Shown one piece after another: positions 27,824 to 43,916 of a DNA stretch of 64,000 bases. The notes beneath the pieces were generated by a model. That model was not told where the DNA came from and did no database searches. It saw only the letters and a list, made by a program, of their open reading frames with translations. Within the stretch, counting starts at the first letter, position 1. Every line of letters starts with the position of its first letter. The DNA comes from Octopus vulgaris (lineage: Eukaryota). The stretch is taken from positions 14,508,001-14,572,000 of the forward strand of contig OX597838.1 in assembly GCA_951406725.2 (NCBI GenBank). Reading direction: 5' to 3'. Position numbers and translations under genes: made by a program.

Positions 27824-28332
27824 TATACACACATATATACATATAAACATACAAATATATATATATGTGTATACATGTTTCCTCCACCACCGCTTGACAA
27901 CTGGTCTTGGTGTATTTACGTTCCCGAAACCGAGTGGTTCGGCAAAATTGACCGATAGAATAAGTACTAGGCTTAAAAAAGAAAAGAATTCCTTGGGTCG
28001 ATTTGTTCGACAATAAAAAAAACTCCATGATTAATAGTTAAAAACTTCTATTGAAAAGGGAATAAAAGAAAATAACGGTGAACTGATGACATGCAAAGAC
28101 TTCGACATCTGGTTTGCAATCGATTACATGACTGAGTGTAGGAAGGTGTTTAGAGCCGGTATAACTTTTACTGATGGATTAAGGCTGAGGGTGATCATGA
28201 GAAGGCTGGCAGGGTTTGTGTGCTACGTGCTTGACTACAGAGAGGTATTTACCACTATAAATTAAACCAAGAGCTACAGGACAACTTGCTCTCCTACCGT
28301 TGTAACACACATTGTCCAACTCTTGTTACACT

Positions 28333-28743
28333 TAACTCTTTTACTTGTTTCAGTCATTTGACTGCGGCCATGCTGGAGCACCGCCTTTAGTCGAGCAAAT
28401 CGACCCCGGGACTTATTCTTTGTAAGCCCAGTACTTATTCTATCGGTCTGTTTTGCCGAACCGCTAAGTAACGGGGACATAAACACACCAGCATCGGTTG
28501 TCAAGCAATGCTAGCGGGACAAACACAGACACAGAAACATATACACACACACACTTATACATATGTATACATATATACGACAGGCTTCTTTCAGTTTTCG
28601 TCTACCAAATCCATTCACAAGCCATTGGTCGGCCCGGGGCTATAGCAGAAGACACTTACCCAAGATGCCACGCAGTGGGACTGAACCCGGAACCATGTGG
28701 CTGGTTAGCAAGCTACTTACCACACAGCCACTCCTGCGCCTAT
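28333..28743 (-). mobile_element. SINE family B, full length
   Basis: Near-identical to 47278-47680 and 59258-59660. Confidence 0.9.
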
Positions 28744-28863
28744 TGTAGAAATCTTCGAAATTCTTATCTTCTCTCGATTTCCTGTTATAAAGACTACTTC
28801 ACGGCCCCCGGCAAACAAATTGGAAAAGGTGTTGCCCTGGAGGGTAGCAAGAGAGGTGCGCTG

Positions 28864-29078
28864 CTACAGGGGCTCGTATTTGGGGACATCCATCTCCGCC
28901 TCCGTAGCGGTGAGCAGGGATATAGGGTCCGGGGGCCGAGAATGCCGGAGGTCTCCACTGCGATAGGCATAAGTCCTTATCATCCCGTAGATCCAGTCAT
29001 GCATGAATGTATGGGTTGTGTATTGTAGGAGATGCTGAGGCGAAAAAAGCCATATGGCTAAGCAACCAGTACAGAAAA
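28864..29078 (-). CDS. Possible terminal coding exon (unverified)
   Basis: Pyrimidine tract and tttcag acceptor, then an open 70-codon GC-rich frame ending DVPKYEPL*; no recognised homology and no partner exons found. Confidence 0.2.
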
Positions 29079-29119
29079 CTGAAATGAGAGAGAGAGAGGG
29101 GGGGAGAGTGTGAGAGAGA

Positions 29120-29159
<40 letters not shown>

Positions 29160-29222
29160 GAGAAAGTGAGAGAGAGTTGGGGAGAGAGTGAGAGAGGGAG
29201 TGAAAGAGTGTAGAGAGAGTAT

Positions 29223-29257
<35 letters not shown>

Positions 29258-29724
29258 CAGAGAGAGAGGTGTGTGAGGGAAAGAGATGGAGATAGGGAGG
29301 GAAAGAGAGTGAGAGAAAGAGAGTAAGAGAGTGAAGAGAATGAGACAGAGTGAGACAGAATAAGAAAGAGTAAGAGAGAGATAGGAAGAGAAAGTGAGAG
29401 AGATTGAGAGAAAGAGAGAGAAAGAGAGTGAAAGAGAGTGAGAAAGTGAGCGAGACTGAACCAGGATATCAAAAATAAAAGTGGGAAGTGGCCGACATGG
29501 AAACTCAACCTCTCTCACAGTAGCACGCTCCATATGTTTGTGAGATTAGGAAGAGACGGGACCCGGCTGATTTTTTTGAAAAAGCGCAAAACGGTGCAAA
29601 AAGAAAAAAAAAAAGATTAAAAAGGCAACTAAAATGTGCGAGAACGGCACATGTCCCGGGATGAAGTGACACCCAACCGGTGAGAAGGAATCATTCCTAT
29701 CCCCTGCAGGAAATCGAACTCCTG

Positions 29725-30108
29725 TAAATAAGGCCCGAAATTTTGGGGGAGGGGGCCAGTCGATTATATCGACCCTAGTACGCAACTGGTACTTAATTTA
29801 TCGACTCCGAAAGGATGAAAGACAAAGCTGACCTCAGCGGAATTTGAACTCAGAACGTAACGGCAGACGAAATACCTATTTCTTTACGGTAGTAAAGGCG
29901 CTAAACACAGAGAGGACAAACAAAGACAGACAAACGGATTAAGTCGATTATATCGACCCCAGTGCGTAACTGGTACTTATTTAATCGACCCCGAAAGGAT
30001 GAAAGGCAAAGTCGACCTCGGCGGAATTTGAACTCAGAACGTAGCGGCAGACGAAATACCGCTAAGCATTTCGCCCGGCGTGCTAACGTTTCTGCTAGCT
30101 CGCCGCCC
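29725..30108 (-). mobile_element. SINE family C dimer
   Basis: Two tandem bodies and one head (ggcggcgagctagcagaaacgttagcacgccggg on the minus strand). Confidence 0.9.
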
Positions 30109-31441
30109 TTGCAAGAAAGGATATATAAGATAACGTGATCTGCATAAAGAGATGGGATGATCACGACTGGGACGGCGTTTATCATAGTTTTACTCTATCA
30201 AGTTTGATTAGGAAATCGAAATAAAAGTTAGGGAAATTTCCAGCTTGCAAAAAACAAAGTGTAAAACTCAACAGTACGAATTAAACACGTTTTTTTCCAG
30301 CTTCTTGTTCAGGCAATTCAGATGTGGCCTACATGCGCGAGCACACACACATACTCACACACACAAACACAAAGACACACACACACACACAATTATATCT
30401 TATGTATGTAATTTGTCCTTGTTACTGTGTGTATGTAAACCCGTCTTCTATACATACATACGAACACACAAACATACATACACATGCATACATACGAACA
30501 CACAAACATACAAACATACATACACATGTATACACACACACATAGATACATACACACAAGTACAAACATACATACATACCCACATATAAACACACATACG
30601 TACAAACATAGATATATACACTAATACATACATACATACATACACACACAATCATACATATACATACATACATACATACATACATACACACACACATACA
30701 TACATACATACATACACACACACACATACATACATACATACATACATACATACATACATACATACATACATACATACATACATACATACATACATACATA
30801 CATGCATGCATACATGTATACATACATACATACATACATACATACATACATTCATACATACATTCATACATACATACACACATACATACATACATACATA
30901 CATACATACATACATACATACATACATACATGCATGCATGCATACATACATACATACATACATACATACATACATACATACATACATACATACATACATA
31001 CATACATACATTCCCATCAAAACATCTGTCAAGTGTAAGCATAAGAGGCCGGATAATACTGTTTGGGACAGACAAGAGAAAAATATGTACTGTCATAAGA
31101 GTTCAGCTGTCCTGCTGATGTGAACGTCTCTTTGAAAATGAAGGAGAATGAATGAAGATGACTATGCACAACTGCTCTGAAACCTCCAACTTCCATATCA
31201 GGTCTAGAAATTTATATTTGTACTAATAATAATTGGAGCTCTTGGTTTTGTAAGTAAATTCCTAACTGTCATTCCAGATAAGCTTGGATTTTCAGAAAAA
31301 TAAACCAACCGACTTGCACATTGCAAATACAATTAGTAAGCGGAACAGTAAAACTATGCAAGACTTTAATCAAGTTTAAAAACTGACATTGTTTTTCGTT
31401 ACCTACATTCCAATGATGGGGTGTTATATCTTTGAGAGAAA

Positions 31442-31487
<46 letters not shown>

Positions 31488-31489
<2 letters not shown>

Positions 31490-31669
31490 AAAGTATTAAG
31501 GAATGACCCTGACAGGTCGTTCAACTCACTTGAAAAGAACAGCCAAACTCAAACCGCAAAAATAGTAGTAATTCTGAAAGCTAAAGGAGTACTATTTTTG
31601 CGGTTTGAGTTTGGCTGCTCTTTTCAAGTGAGTTGAACGACCTGTCAGGGTCATTCCTTAATACTTTTG
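31488..31669. repeat. 80-bp inverted repeat with 22-nt loop
   Basis: 31488-31567 is the reverse complement of 31590-31669 with one mismatch (A31539/C31618). Confidence 0.95.
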
Positions 31670-31787
31670 AATATATTATATAGTCTGTGACTATTTCTAT
31701 TTTCTTACTTGACCGCTGGTTGCAGAAAATTTTTCTTGAATTTTTTTCTTGAATTTTTCTTGAATTGTTTTGCTACCCTATATTGAT

Positions 31788-31854
<67 letters not shown>

Positions 31855-31859
<5 letters not shown>

Positions 31860-32020
31860 ACGGGCTTCTTACAGTTTCCGTCTACCACATCCACTCATAA
31901 GACTTTGGTCGACTCGATGCTATAACAGAAGACACTTGCCCAAGGTGCCACCCAGTGGAACTGAACCCGGAACCATGTGGTTGGGAGGCAAGCTTCTTAC
32001 TATATAGCCACACCTGCGCC
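31855..32020 (-). mobile_element. SINE family B head half
   Basis: Matches the B head and body and ends in (TA)n. Confidence 0.8.
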
Positions 32021-32046
32021 ATTGGTGGAGGTTTTCTTTATTTTAA

Positions 32047-32112
<66 letters not shown>

Positions 32113-33116
32113 TTTGTAATTTCTAGCAAATCATATGACTGCGTAGAAAGTCGCCTCTTTGGTTTGTTAGAATTACCGTCAGATTTCTTTTGTTTTGGCG
32201 TATAATAATAAAGAATTTATTCTTCAGAGAAACAAAACAAACCAATGTTTGAAACATCGGATCGTTACTGTTGGCTGAAGAAGCTTATGCTAAAAGAGAG
32301 AAAGTGAGAAAGTAATTTAATGTTATTTGCTTTAACTTAACATTATTAACATTTTTTATTGTTAACTAATGTTATTTACTAGTATGTAGTGTTGTTTACC
32401 ATTATCTAACGCTCTTTGATGTAATTTAACGTTTTGTGTTATTTCACGTTACTTAACGTTATTCTAAAGAGAGAAAAAAGAATACTTAAAACGGAACTTA
32501 TTCGCTTCTGCTCTTTCTTTCAGAGGAAAAATAAAAGAAAAGAAAATGGAGTTTATTTTCTTGCAAAAAGAAAAGGAGGTGTTACAATGTTATTTTAATA
32601 CTAAAATTTAACGTTACTTTATTTGATTTTAATTTAATTTAAATGCTAAAATTTAACAATGTTTCATGTTTTGAGAATTTTACGTTATTTCGCGTTATTT
32701 AATGTTTCGAAAAATGTTGAAAAATAATTCGGTTCTTTTCAAGAAAGGTAAAAATAATATATTTATTATTGAAGAATAAACAACAGGAAGAATACCGAAG
32801 CAATTTCGAAAGAAGTGTTTTGAGTAAATTGCTAATAGATAACACGAATCGGATTTAATTTCGTTAAAAGTGCTGCGGAATTTCAGACTCCACCATTTTA
32901 GAGATCTGTCCAAAGGCTCTTTTTTTTTTCTTTTTTTTTAAATTTCTTTCCTTTTAACAACATTATTCTGTTGTGAAACAGCAAGAATATTAATTGATTA
33001 AAGGTTGAAATTACTGCTGCTGTCTTTTATTCTGAAGAACTATTATTTTCCGCCTTTTTCACTAGACTAAATCGAATGCGAGGAACACACACACTCACAC
33101 AATGACGCTGTTAGTG

Positions 33117-33660
<544 letters not shown>

Positions 33661-34201
33661 ATAGTTGAAAGAGACTAAAAACAAACTTTATTACGAAAAT
33701 ATTCAGTAATGAATACCACTCAGTATTAATGAGTACTGCAACCACCACCACCACCACCACCACCATTATCACCACTACCCCTACCCCTACCACCACCACC
33801 ACCATCACTACTACTACTACTACCACCACCATCAATAATAGTCAGCACTGCCATCGCTTCCTTCCTCCTGTGCTATTCTTGAAACGACATGGAAAAATGA
33901 TGGAAACGGGTTCTGTTTTAAGCATAGAAGACTGGAATTTCTGATGTCAAGAAATAAATTTAATTAACTCAGATGTCGCCGATAAGATCTGGAATTTATC
34001 TCAGATGATTCTTTTATCTTAAGACAGAGTATTTAAAGTTCGCTCTAATTATGGTAGATCATACTCGTTCTTCATTCCTTCTCCGGTTCCTCTTTCTCTA
34101 CCTCTCTTTTTCTCCTCCTTTTCTCTCTTTCTCGATTAATCTTTTCCTTTTTTTTTTACTCTTCTCGTCTTGACTGTCTTTCATCCGTTTTCTTATTTCT
34201 C

Positions 34202-34261
<60 letters not shown>

Positions 34262-34837
34262 TTCGTTTCCTCTCCTCCGACATTTGTATCTCATGGAACT
34301 TGTTCTTTTTCTAATTTTAATTTAAACACAACAATACAAGCAGAAATTAGTTGATCACTGAAGCTGTTCTAACAAAGAGGATTTTGTTTTATGACATTGT
34401 TCATTCTCTAAAACACAACACAACACACATTTCACACAGTGAAATCGCATTTGACACGCTAGACATCACATTCCACGCAATAGAATCATATTTGACACTA
34501 TAAAACATGCATTTTCCGCAGTAGAACTTCAAACAGTACTGTGCACATTTCACACAGCGCCACATACAGTGGTCATATTTTAGCAATGAAATCTGAACTT
34601 GATACGAAAAACCATACATTTCACACAGTGGATATTCGATACTACATTTGATGAAACACACATTTCATACGGCGGAACAGAAATTACCCACAGGGAAGCA
34701 TATATTACAAAGTATAACGCTTATTTCAGACTTGGTCACAGGATGTAACCTACATTTCACACAATGGATACTGCTCATTTCCATCATTAAGGGTAGCATC
34801 TATATTACACAGTATATATCCAACATGTATATATCCA

Positions 34838-35167
34838 GGCGCGTGGCTCAGTGGTTAGAGTGTCGAGCTTACGATCGTGAGGTTGTGAGCTCGAATCCCG
34901 GACCGGGCTGCGTGTTGTGTTCTTGAGCAAGACACTTTATTTTACGTTGCTCCAGTTCACTCAGCTGTAGAATTGGGTTGCAATGTCACAGGTGCCAAGC
35001 TGTATCGGCCTTTGCCTTTCCCTTGGACAACATCGGTGACGTGGAGAGGGGAGGCCGGTATGCATGGGCGACTGCTGGTCTTCCATCAAACAACTTGCCC
35101 AGACTTGTGCCTCAGAGGGTAACTCTCTAGGTGCAAACCCATGGTCAGTGTCTGACCGAAGGGGTCA
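34838..35167 (+). mobile_element. SINE family D, full length
   Basis: ggcgcgtggctcagtggttagagtgtcgagcttacgatcg head and cttgagcaagacacttt core; atatccaacat repeated on both sides. Confidence 0.9.
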
Positions 35168-35192
35168 CCATCACCATATCCAACATTATATA

Positions 35193-35490
35193 CACAAACA
35201 TGCAGGAAGTAAATAGACACCTTTAATTTTCAAAATCTTTTATTTGATATTAATTGGCTGAAGGAGACGTTTCCTTCTGGCTGCTCGTCCATAATACCCA
35301 AGCTTATGCAAATATGTAACACACGTTCTAGGACTAATTTCTAGCTGTTTTGTAATGTCAGAAGCCTTCGAACGGGGTTCGTTTTCCACAATTCTCTTCA
35401 AAAAGTGAAGCTCCCTTTCTGAGGGACCAGCTCGGCCGGGACGAGAATCTGTTGATTCTTTTCCTTGGTTTTTGAATTGCACTATAATTC
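35193..35490 (-). mobile_element. Tc1/mariner transposase fragment with one putative TIR
   Basis: [62 protein letters not shown] resembles the Tc1 GRPR-HTH region; TA|cacaaacatgcaggaagtaaatagacacc is TIR-like. Confidence 0.8.
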
Positions 35491-35541
35491 TATAAACAGT
35501 AGCAAGAGGAATTTGAAGATTTTCGGCAATTTCTCACCCGC

Positions 35542-35632
35542 GGGCAAATGGCGTAGTGGTTAAGAGCGCGGGCTACTAACACCAAGATTTCGAGTTCGAT
35601 TCCAGGCAGCGACTTGAATAATGATGATGATG

Positions 35633-35699
<67 letters not shown>

Positions 35700-35810
35700 C
35701 AACAACAACATAGAAAAATACCTTGGGAATGAGAACCCAGGTTCGAAATTTCCCAAAGATACCTGATAAAGGCTGGAGGGTATATCAGCCGAAACGTTGT
35801 TTATCTAACA
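35542..35810 (+). mobile_element. SINE family E: tRNA-like head, (AAT)n, hammerhead-like tail
   Basis: A box tggcgtagtgg and B box gagttcgattcc, then (AAT)n, then agatac-CTGATaA-a-ggctg..cagcc-GAAA-cgttg-tt-tatct. Confidence 0.7.
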
Positions 35811-35910
35811 ATCGGCCAAAGAAAAAAAATCTCTACTTACGCTCAACCTATTAGATATAGCAACCAATTTCCACTCAAATCCCTCACGCCGTTGTCTCCA
35901 TCTTCTCCTT

Positions 35911-35957
<47 letters not shown>

Positions 35958-36439
35958 CAGCTATGTCGTTCACACACTTATTCCTTATTCATATAGTTCT
36001 CTTTCTTTCCACACTCTTGTCTTTATTTCCCCTCCTTTCTCTCTCTCTCTCGCTTTCAGTCTGTATGTCTCTCTCTCTTTCTCTCTCTGTCTCTCTTTCC
36101 TCTGCCTCCCCCTCCTTTCTCTTCCTATTGCTTATCTCTTATTTTCCCGCCTCATGCTCACTCCTTTTTCTCTCAACCTCTGTCCTCTCTTCAATATCAC
36201 CATGCTGCTATTATCCCTTCCTCCCTCTTTCTCGCTCCCTCTCCTCTCTTTCTTTTTCGCTCTCCCTCTCTCTATTCAAGCTTACATTTCTCTCCTCCCT
36301 CCACTCCTCTGTCTCTATGTTCAAACTGGGATTCTCTCCTTTTCTCTCCGCACTGTAATTCATTCACTCTCTTCCTTCCCATCACCAAACCCCACAACCT
36401 CCTCTCTCCCATTCGTTCTCCCTCACATTTCTCCCTGTC

Positions 36440-39115
<2,676 letters not shown>

Positions 39116-39116
39116 T

Positions 39117-39274
39117 GTCTCGGTTACTCGATGGTTCAGTGTCTTCCAGCCAGTTCTATCCTGGGTCGCTTCTTTCAGATTGGCTATGTCCATTTCGGTA
39201 TCACTCTTGATGGTGTCAAGCCAGCGTGTTCTTGGTCGGCCTCTTCCTCTCTTGCCAATGACCATTCCGAGCAT
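39117..39274 (-). mobile_element. Second RTE LINE 3' fragment
   Basis: [52 protein letters not shown]; homologous to 7137-7292. Confidence 0.9.
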
Positions 39275-39369
39275 TATATATTTGGGTTTTTTTTATAAAC
39301 ATAAATCTGTCCTTAAATATCTTCCGCATACTGAATACACACACACACATAATACACACACATGCACAT

Positions 39370-39409
<40 letters not shown>

Positions 39410-39413
<4 letters not shown>

Positions 39414-39578
39414 CGAGCTTCTTTCAGTTTCTGTCTAACAAATCCACTCACAAGTCTTTGATCGGTCCAAGGCTATAGTAGAAGACTCTTGCCCAATGTG
39501 CCAAGCAGTGGGACTGAACTCGGAACCCGTGGTGGTTGGGAAGCAAGCTTTTTACCACACAGTCACGCATGTGCCTAC
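39410..39578 (-). mobile_element. SINE family B head half
   Basis: Matches the B head and body. Confidence 0.75.
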
Positions 39579-40662
39579 ATGATGCAATAAAAGTCGCCTA
39601 ACATTATATAAGTTATACAATTGTGCGACAACAATAAAGTACACAAGTGTCACGTCGCCATTTGTAAAACCTGAGCAGACGTTCCCTCAATAAAACAGCT
39701 ATTAACTACACGTATGTTCTGTTCACACCTATATGCCAGAGCAATCTGCCATTTATTTGATGGTGCTCATGAATAGAGACGCCTACGTTAATAATTATGA
39801 AGTATGGTAATTGTAGTTTAGCATATTAGTTGTTGTCTGTACAAAAGTAGTTTAGTATGTTAACCAGTAAACGTCAGGCTTAACAGAAAGCCTTGTTGTT
39901 TAAAGATCATTTGAAGATCACATCAGAAAACAATGGAACGGAATGAATGTTCAGCGTTAAAAGTCATTCGAGCTACTGATAAACAGCCTGTCGGAAACAG
40001 AGCTCCCACGTACAAGATATTGTGCTTTCATGTAAGGCTAGAATGACTGTGAACCTACATTTATAACCTGAGAGTTCTGGAGCTGTCATTTATGCCCAGT
40101 CATCTCATATATGTCATCAGCAGTCATCAGCATTCGTGTGTGTTAGATTAAAACTTGTTAAAAGGCCAAAACAATGCCAAATGGAATGAAATGCAGAATT
40201 GAAAAACCAAAACAAATATTAATGTTCTATCTTGTATTTCATCGCTATCTCGGGGTTAGGAATGCTTCATAAGGACCCGTGGAGAAATAGGAAACGGTAA
40301 AGAGTCATTTTCTTTGCTCGGATACTTGGGAAACGGTAGAGACATGCGCAGACTGGTGTTGTTTTAGTAACCAGACTGCTTCAAGTAATTCTAGTCTATT
40401 GTTTAATGAACGTTTAAAGACAACTTCCTCGATTGTAAGATGCTTATGTTGTGTTCCGTGGTTCTGATGGTTACAGCAGAGTCCTGGGTTTGGCACTTCA
40501 ACAGGAGTTTATAAAATGTTCTTTGACACGTATTGACACGTATGTTCTTTGACACGTATGGTGCTCCTACAGTAGGATGCGCCACATTCGCTGCAGACGA
40601 CTTCCTGTCGTCTGCAGCAAATGTGTGAGTTTATGTGTAGTTACGTTTGCATATATATATAT

Positions 40663-40830
40663 AAGGCGCAGGAGTGGGTGTGTGGTAAGTAGCTTGCTTA
40701 CCAACCACATGGTTCCGGGTTCAATCCCACTGCGTGGCATCTTGAGCAAGTGTCTTCTACTATAGCCTCGGGCCGACCCAAGCTTTGTGAGTGGATTTAG
40801 TAGACGGAAACTGAAAAAACCCGTCGTATA
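40663..40830 (+). mobile_element. SINE family B head half
   Basis: aggcgcaggagtgggtgtgtggtaagtagc...gtcgtata, then runs into microsatellite. Confidence 0.85.
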
Positions 40831-41097
40831 TATATGTGTGTGTATGTGTGTGTGTGTGTGTGTGTGTATACATACATACATACATACATACATACATACA
40901 TACATACATACATACATACATACATACATACATACGTACATATGGTATTCCGGACATTTTCCAAAGAAACATCAGTCAACACGTGATACAATGAATGCTA
41001 GGAGACACACGAACCAAAGTACCCATACCACTTTCGAAACTAAATTCTTTAACTTCACAGCGTCGTCTGCATTTCAGTAAAAACGAGATATTAAATA

Positions 41098-41180
<83 letters not shown>

Positions 41181-41685
41181 AGAGAAACAGATTTCTTTGG
41201 TAACATCTAATGTCATGATTCACTAAAGTAGACATAAATAACAAGGAAATCTCCCGGAGAAGTTCCATCAAGTGTGGCAGACTCGTCGTCGTCATCGTTG
41301 TCGTCGTTGTTGTTGTGGATTGATTAGGAAAAGCTGTGAATCCGACGTTTCCGGTAAGCTAATGAGAAATTAGCTACAACGCCATTTGCTATTTTCAAAT
41401 TGATTTTTAACGAAGGCAGAGGAGGAAGCTTACAGAAGCTGAGTGTGAAAGAGAAATGTAATGGAATAAGAGAATAATGAATTAATGAAATAATAAAATA
41501 ACTAGAATAATAGAATAATAGAATAACAGACAAGTAAAGTTATAACATAGAAAAAAGAAATCTTTCTACCATAATGTTTTTAGCTGACAATGAAGCACAA
41601 TATATACCTACATACATACGCACGTACATATATATACACATACATACATACATACATACATACATACATACATACATACATACAC

Positions 41686-41716
<31 letters not shown>

Positions 41717-41965
41717 TACACATACATACATACATACATACATACATACATACATACATACACACATACATACATATATACATACATACAAACACACACA
41801 CGCATACACATATAAATATACATATACGTACATACATATATTACATATACGTACATACATACATACACATACATATATTATGTATGTATATATGTGTATG
41901 CAAACGCACACATGTATGAATATAAAATTATTTATATCTATGAATGTATGAATGTATCTATCTTA

Positions 41966-42019
<54 letters not shown>

Positions 42020-42021
42020 TC

Positions 42022-42073
<52 letters not shown>

Positions 42074-42776
42074 CACAAACACACGTGCTTACGTATCTAC
42101 ACATGAATTTAGGTATGTGCATATATATGTGTGTACATACACATGCACACACGCATACACACACACAAACACACACACGCACACACACATATATATACAT
42201 ACACAATTATGCATGTATGTATGGGAGGATGCTTGCGTTTACCTTTATATGCATATCTGTATTTATGTGTGTGCTTATGTTTGTTTTGGTTTTTTTTTTT
42301 ATATTTCGTGTTAAAGTGACATTTTGTGGCTCAATCTGTCTAAATAGGCGTCTGAGCTTTTGTTGTTATTTAGCCCAGGGTCAATCCTTATCGAGTCGAT
42401 TATGATCAAAGAAACTGCAGCTGCGACCCGTCGGGCCTTCCTTTATATTGCGGTCGTAAAGTCGAAGGAAATTACAAACAAGGATGTTCAAATAAGAGCC
42501 TGAAGAATACAAAGAAGAAAGTCATTAAAATTTTGTAAAGAAACAAGCAATAATACTTCAGATATGCATCTTTTATTCTTCATGGACTGCGGCCCTGCTG
42601 GGGCAGCACTTTGGAGGGTTTTGGTCGAAAAAATCGAACATAGGCTTGTACTTGTTCTTCCGTTGTCTATTGCCGAACCACTACGTTACTTGGACGTAAA
42701 TGTACCAACACCCGTTGTCGGGCGGTAGGGGTGGGGGAGTCATAAACACAGACAAAAATATATGCACACACACACA

Positions 42777-42882
<106 letters not shown>

Positions 42883-43034
42883 GACATACAATGACATACA
42901 CGGACACACCAGTACAGAAAAGCGTATAGACACTCTCACACTGAGACACATACTATCACATACACGCGCATACTGAGGCGCACTGACACACACATAATGA
43001 CACATATAGTCATTCTCACAAATACACACATGCA

Positions 43035-43100
<66 letters not shown>

Positions 43101-43604
43101 AACAAACAAACAAACACAAGAGGTGGACGTTGTAAGATTTCACCTACTGTTTTCATTAAATATCAGCGACATCTGACGTCGTTGTCTCAAAATAAAAAAA
43201 CAGTTTTTACATTTTAAACCAAATATGGTGTTCATCTGTTACGTTGGATGACGCCGACGATAACAACGACGATGACAATACCATGCGAAAAACCAATGAC
43301 GAGGACAATGACAGCAAAGATTTCAACAACGTGTGTGTACATATATGTACATGCATAAATATGTGTGGTGAATGTATGTATGTATGTATGTGTATATTTC
43401 ATGAACTCCCGCACGCAGACACACGCATATATATATATATATATATATACATATCGAGTGAAAAAACGGTATGGACGATTTGTTTTGGAGTCTAATAATA
43501 CCATGTACGCCTATGAAGATTTACATACATACTTTCCCAATGATACTCGGTTTTTTCTCAAACCTTTTATAATGTGATACAAGTCTTTGGTGTAGCAATG
43601 CCAC

Positions 43605-43666
43605 GCGGCTGAAGAAGGCTTTTGATCTATCTGTTACATCGATTAAGCCCGAAACATATGTACCGC
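43605..43666 (+). ncRNA. Minimal type I hammerhead ribozyme motif
   Basis: gcgg-CTGAAGA-a-ggctt ttgat..atcga tt aagcc-c-GAAA-catatg-TA-ccgc. Confidence 0.7.
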
Positions 43667-43702
43667 AACTTCCTTTGCCTCTTGTTTTTCATTTATTTCA
43701 TT

Positions 43703-43773
<71 letters not shown>

Positions 43774-43851
43774 ACTGAAACTGTCCGACGAACGGGAACG
43801 TGAAACTCTGAGTAACAGTTTTTGTGATGCCTTTGTAGCTTTATTAATAAA

Positions 43852-43916
<65 letters not shown>

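Noticed and set aside
32270-32310. CTGAAGA followed by a small hairpin (hammerhead candidate)
   Set aside because: There is no GAAA adjacent to the stem and no stem I or III closure.
34838-34915. tRNA genes at SINE heads
   Set aside because: A and B boxes are present, but the acceptor stems are not convincing and each head continues into a repeated SINE body.
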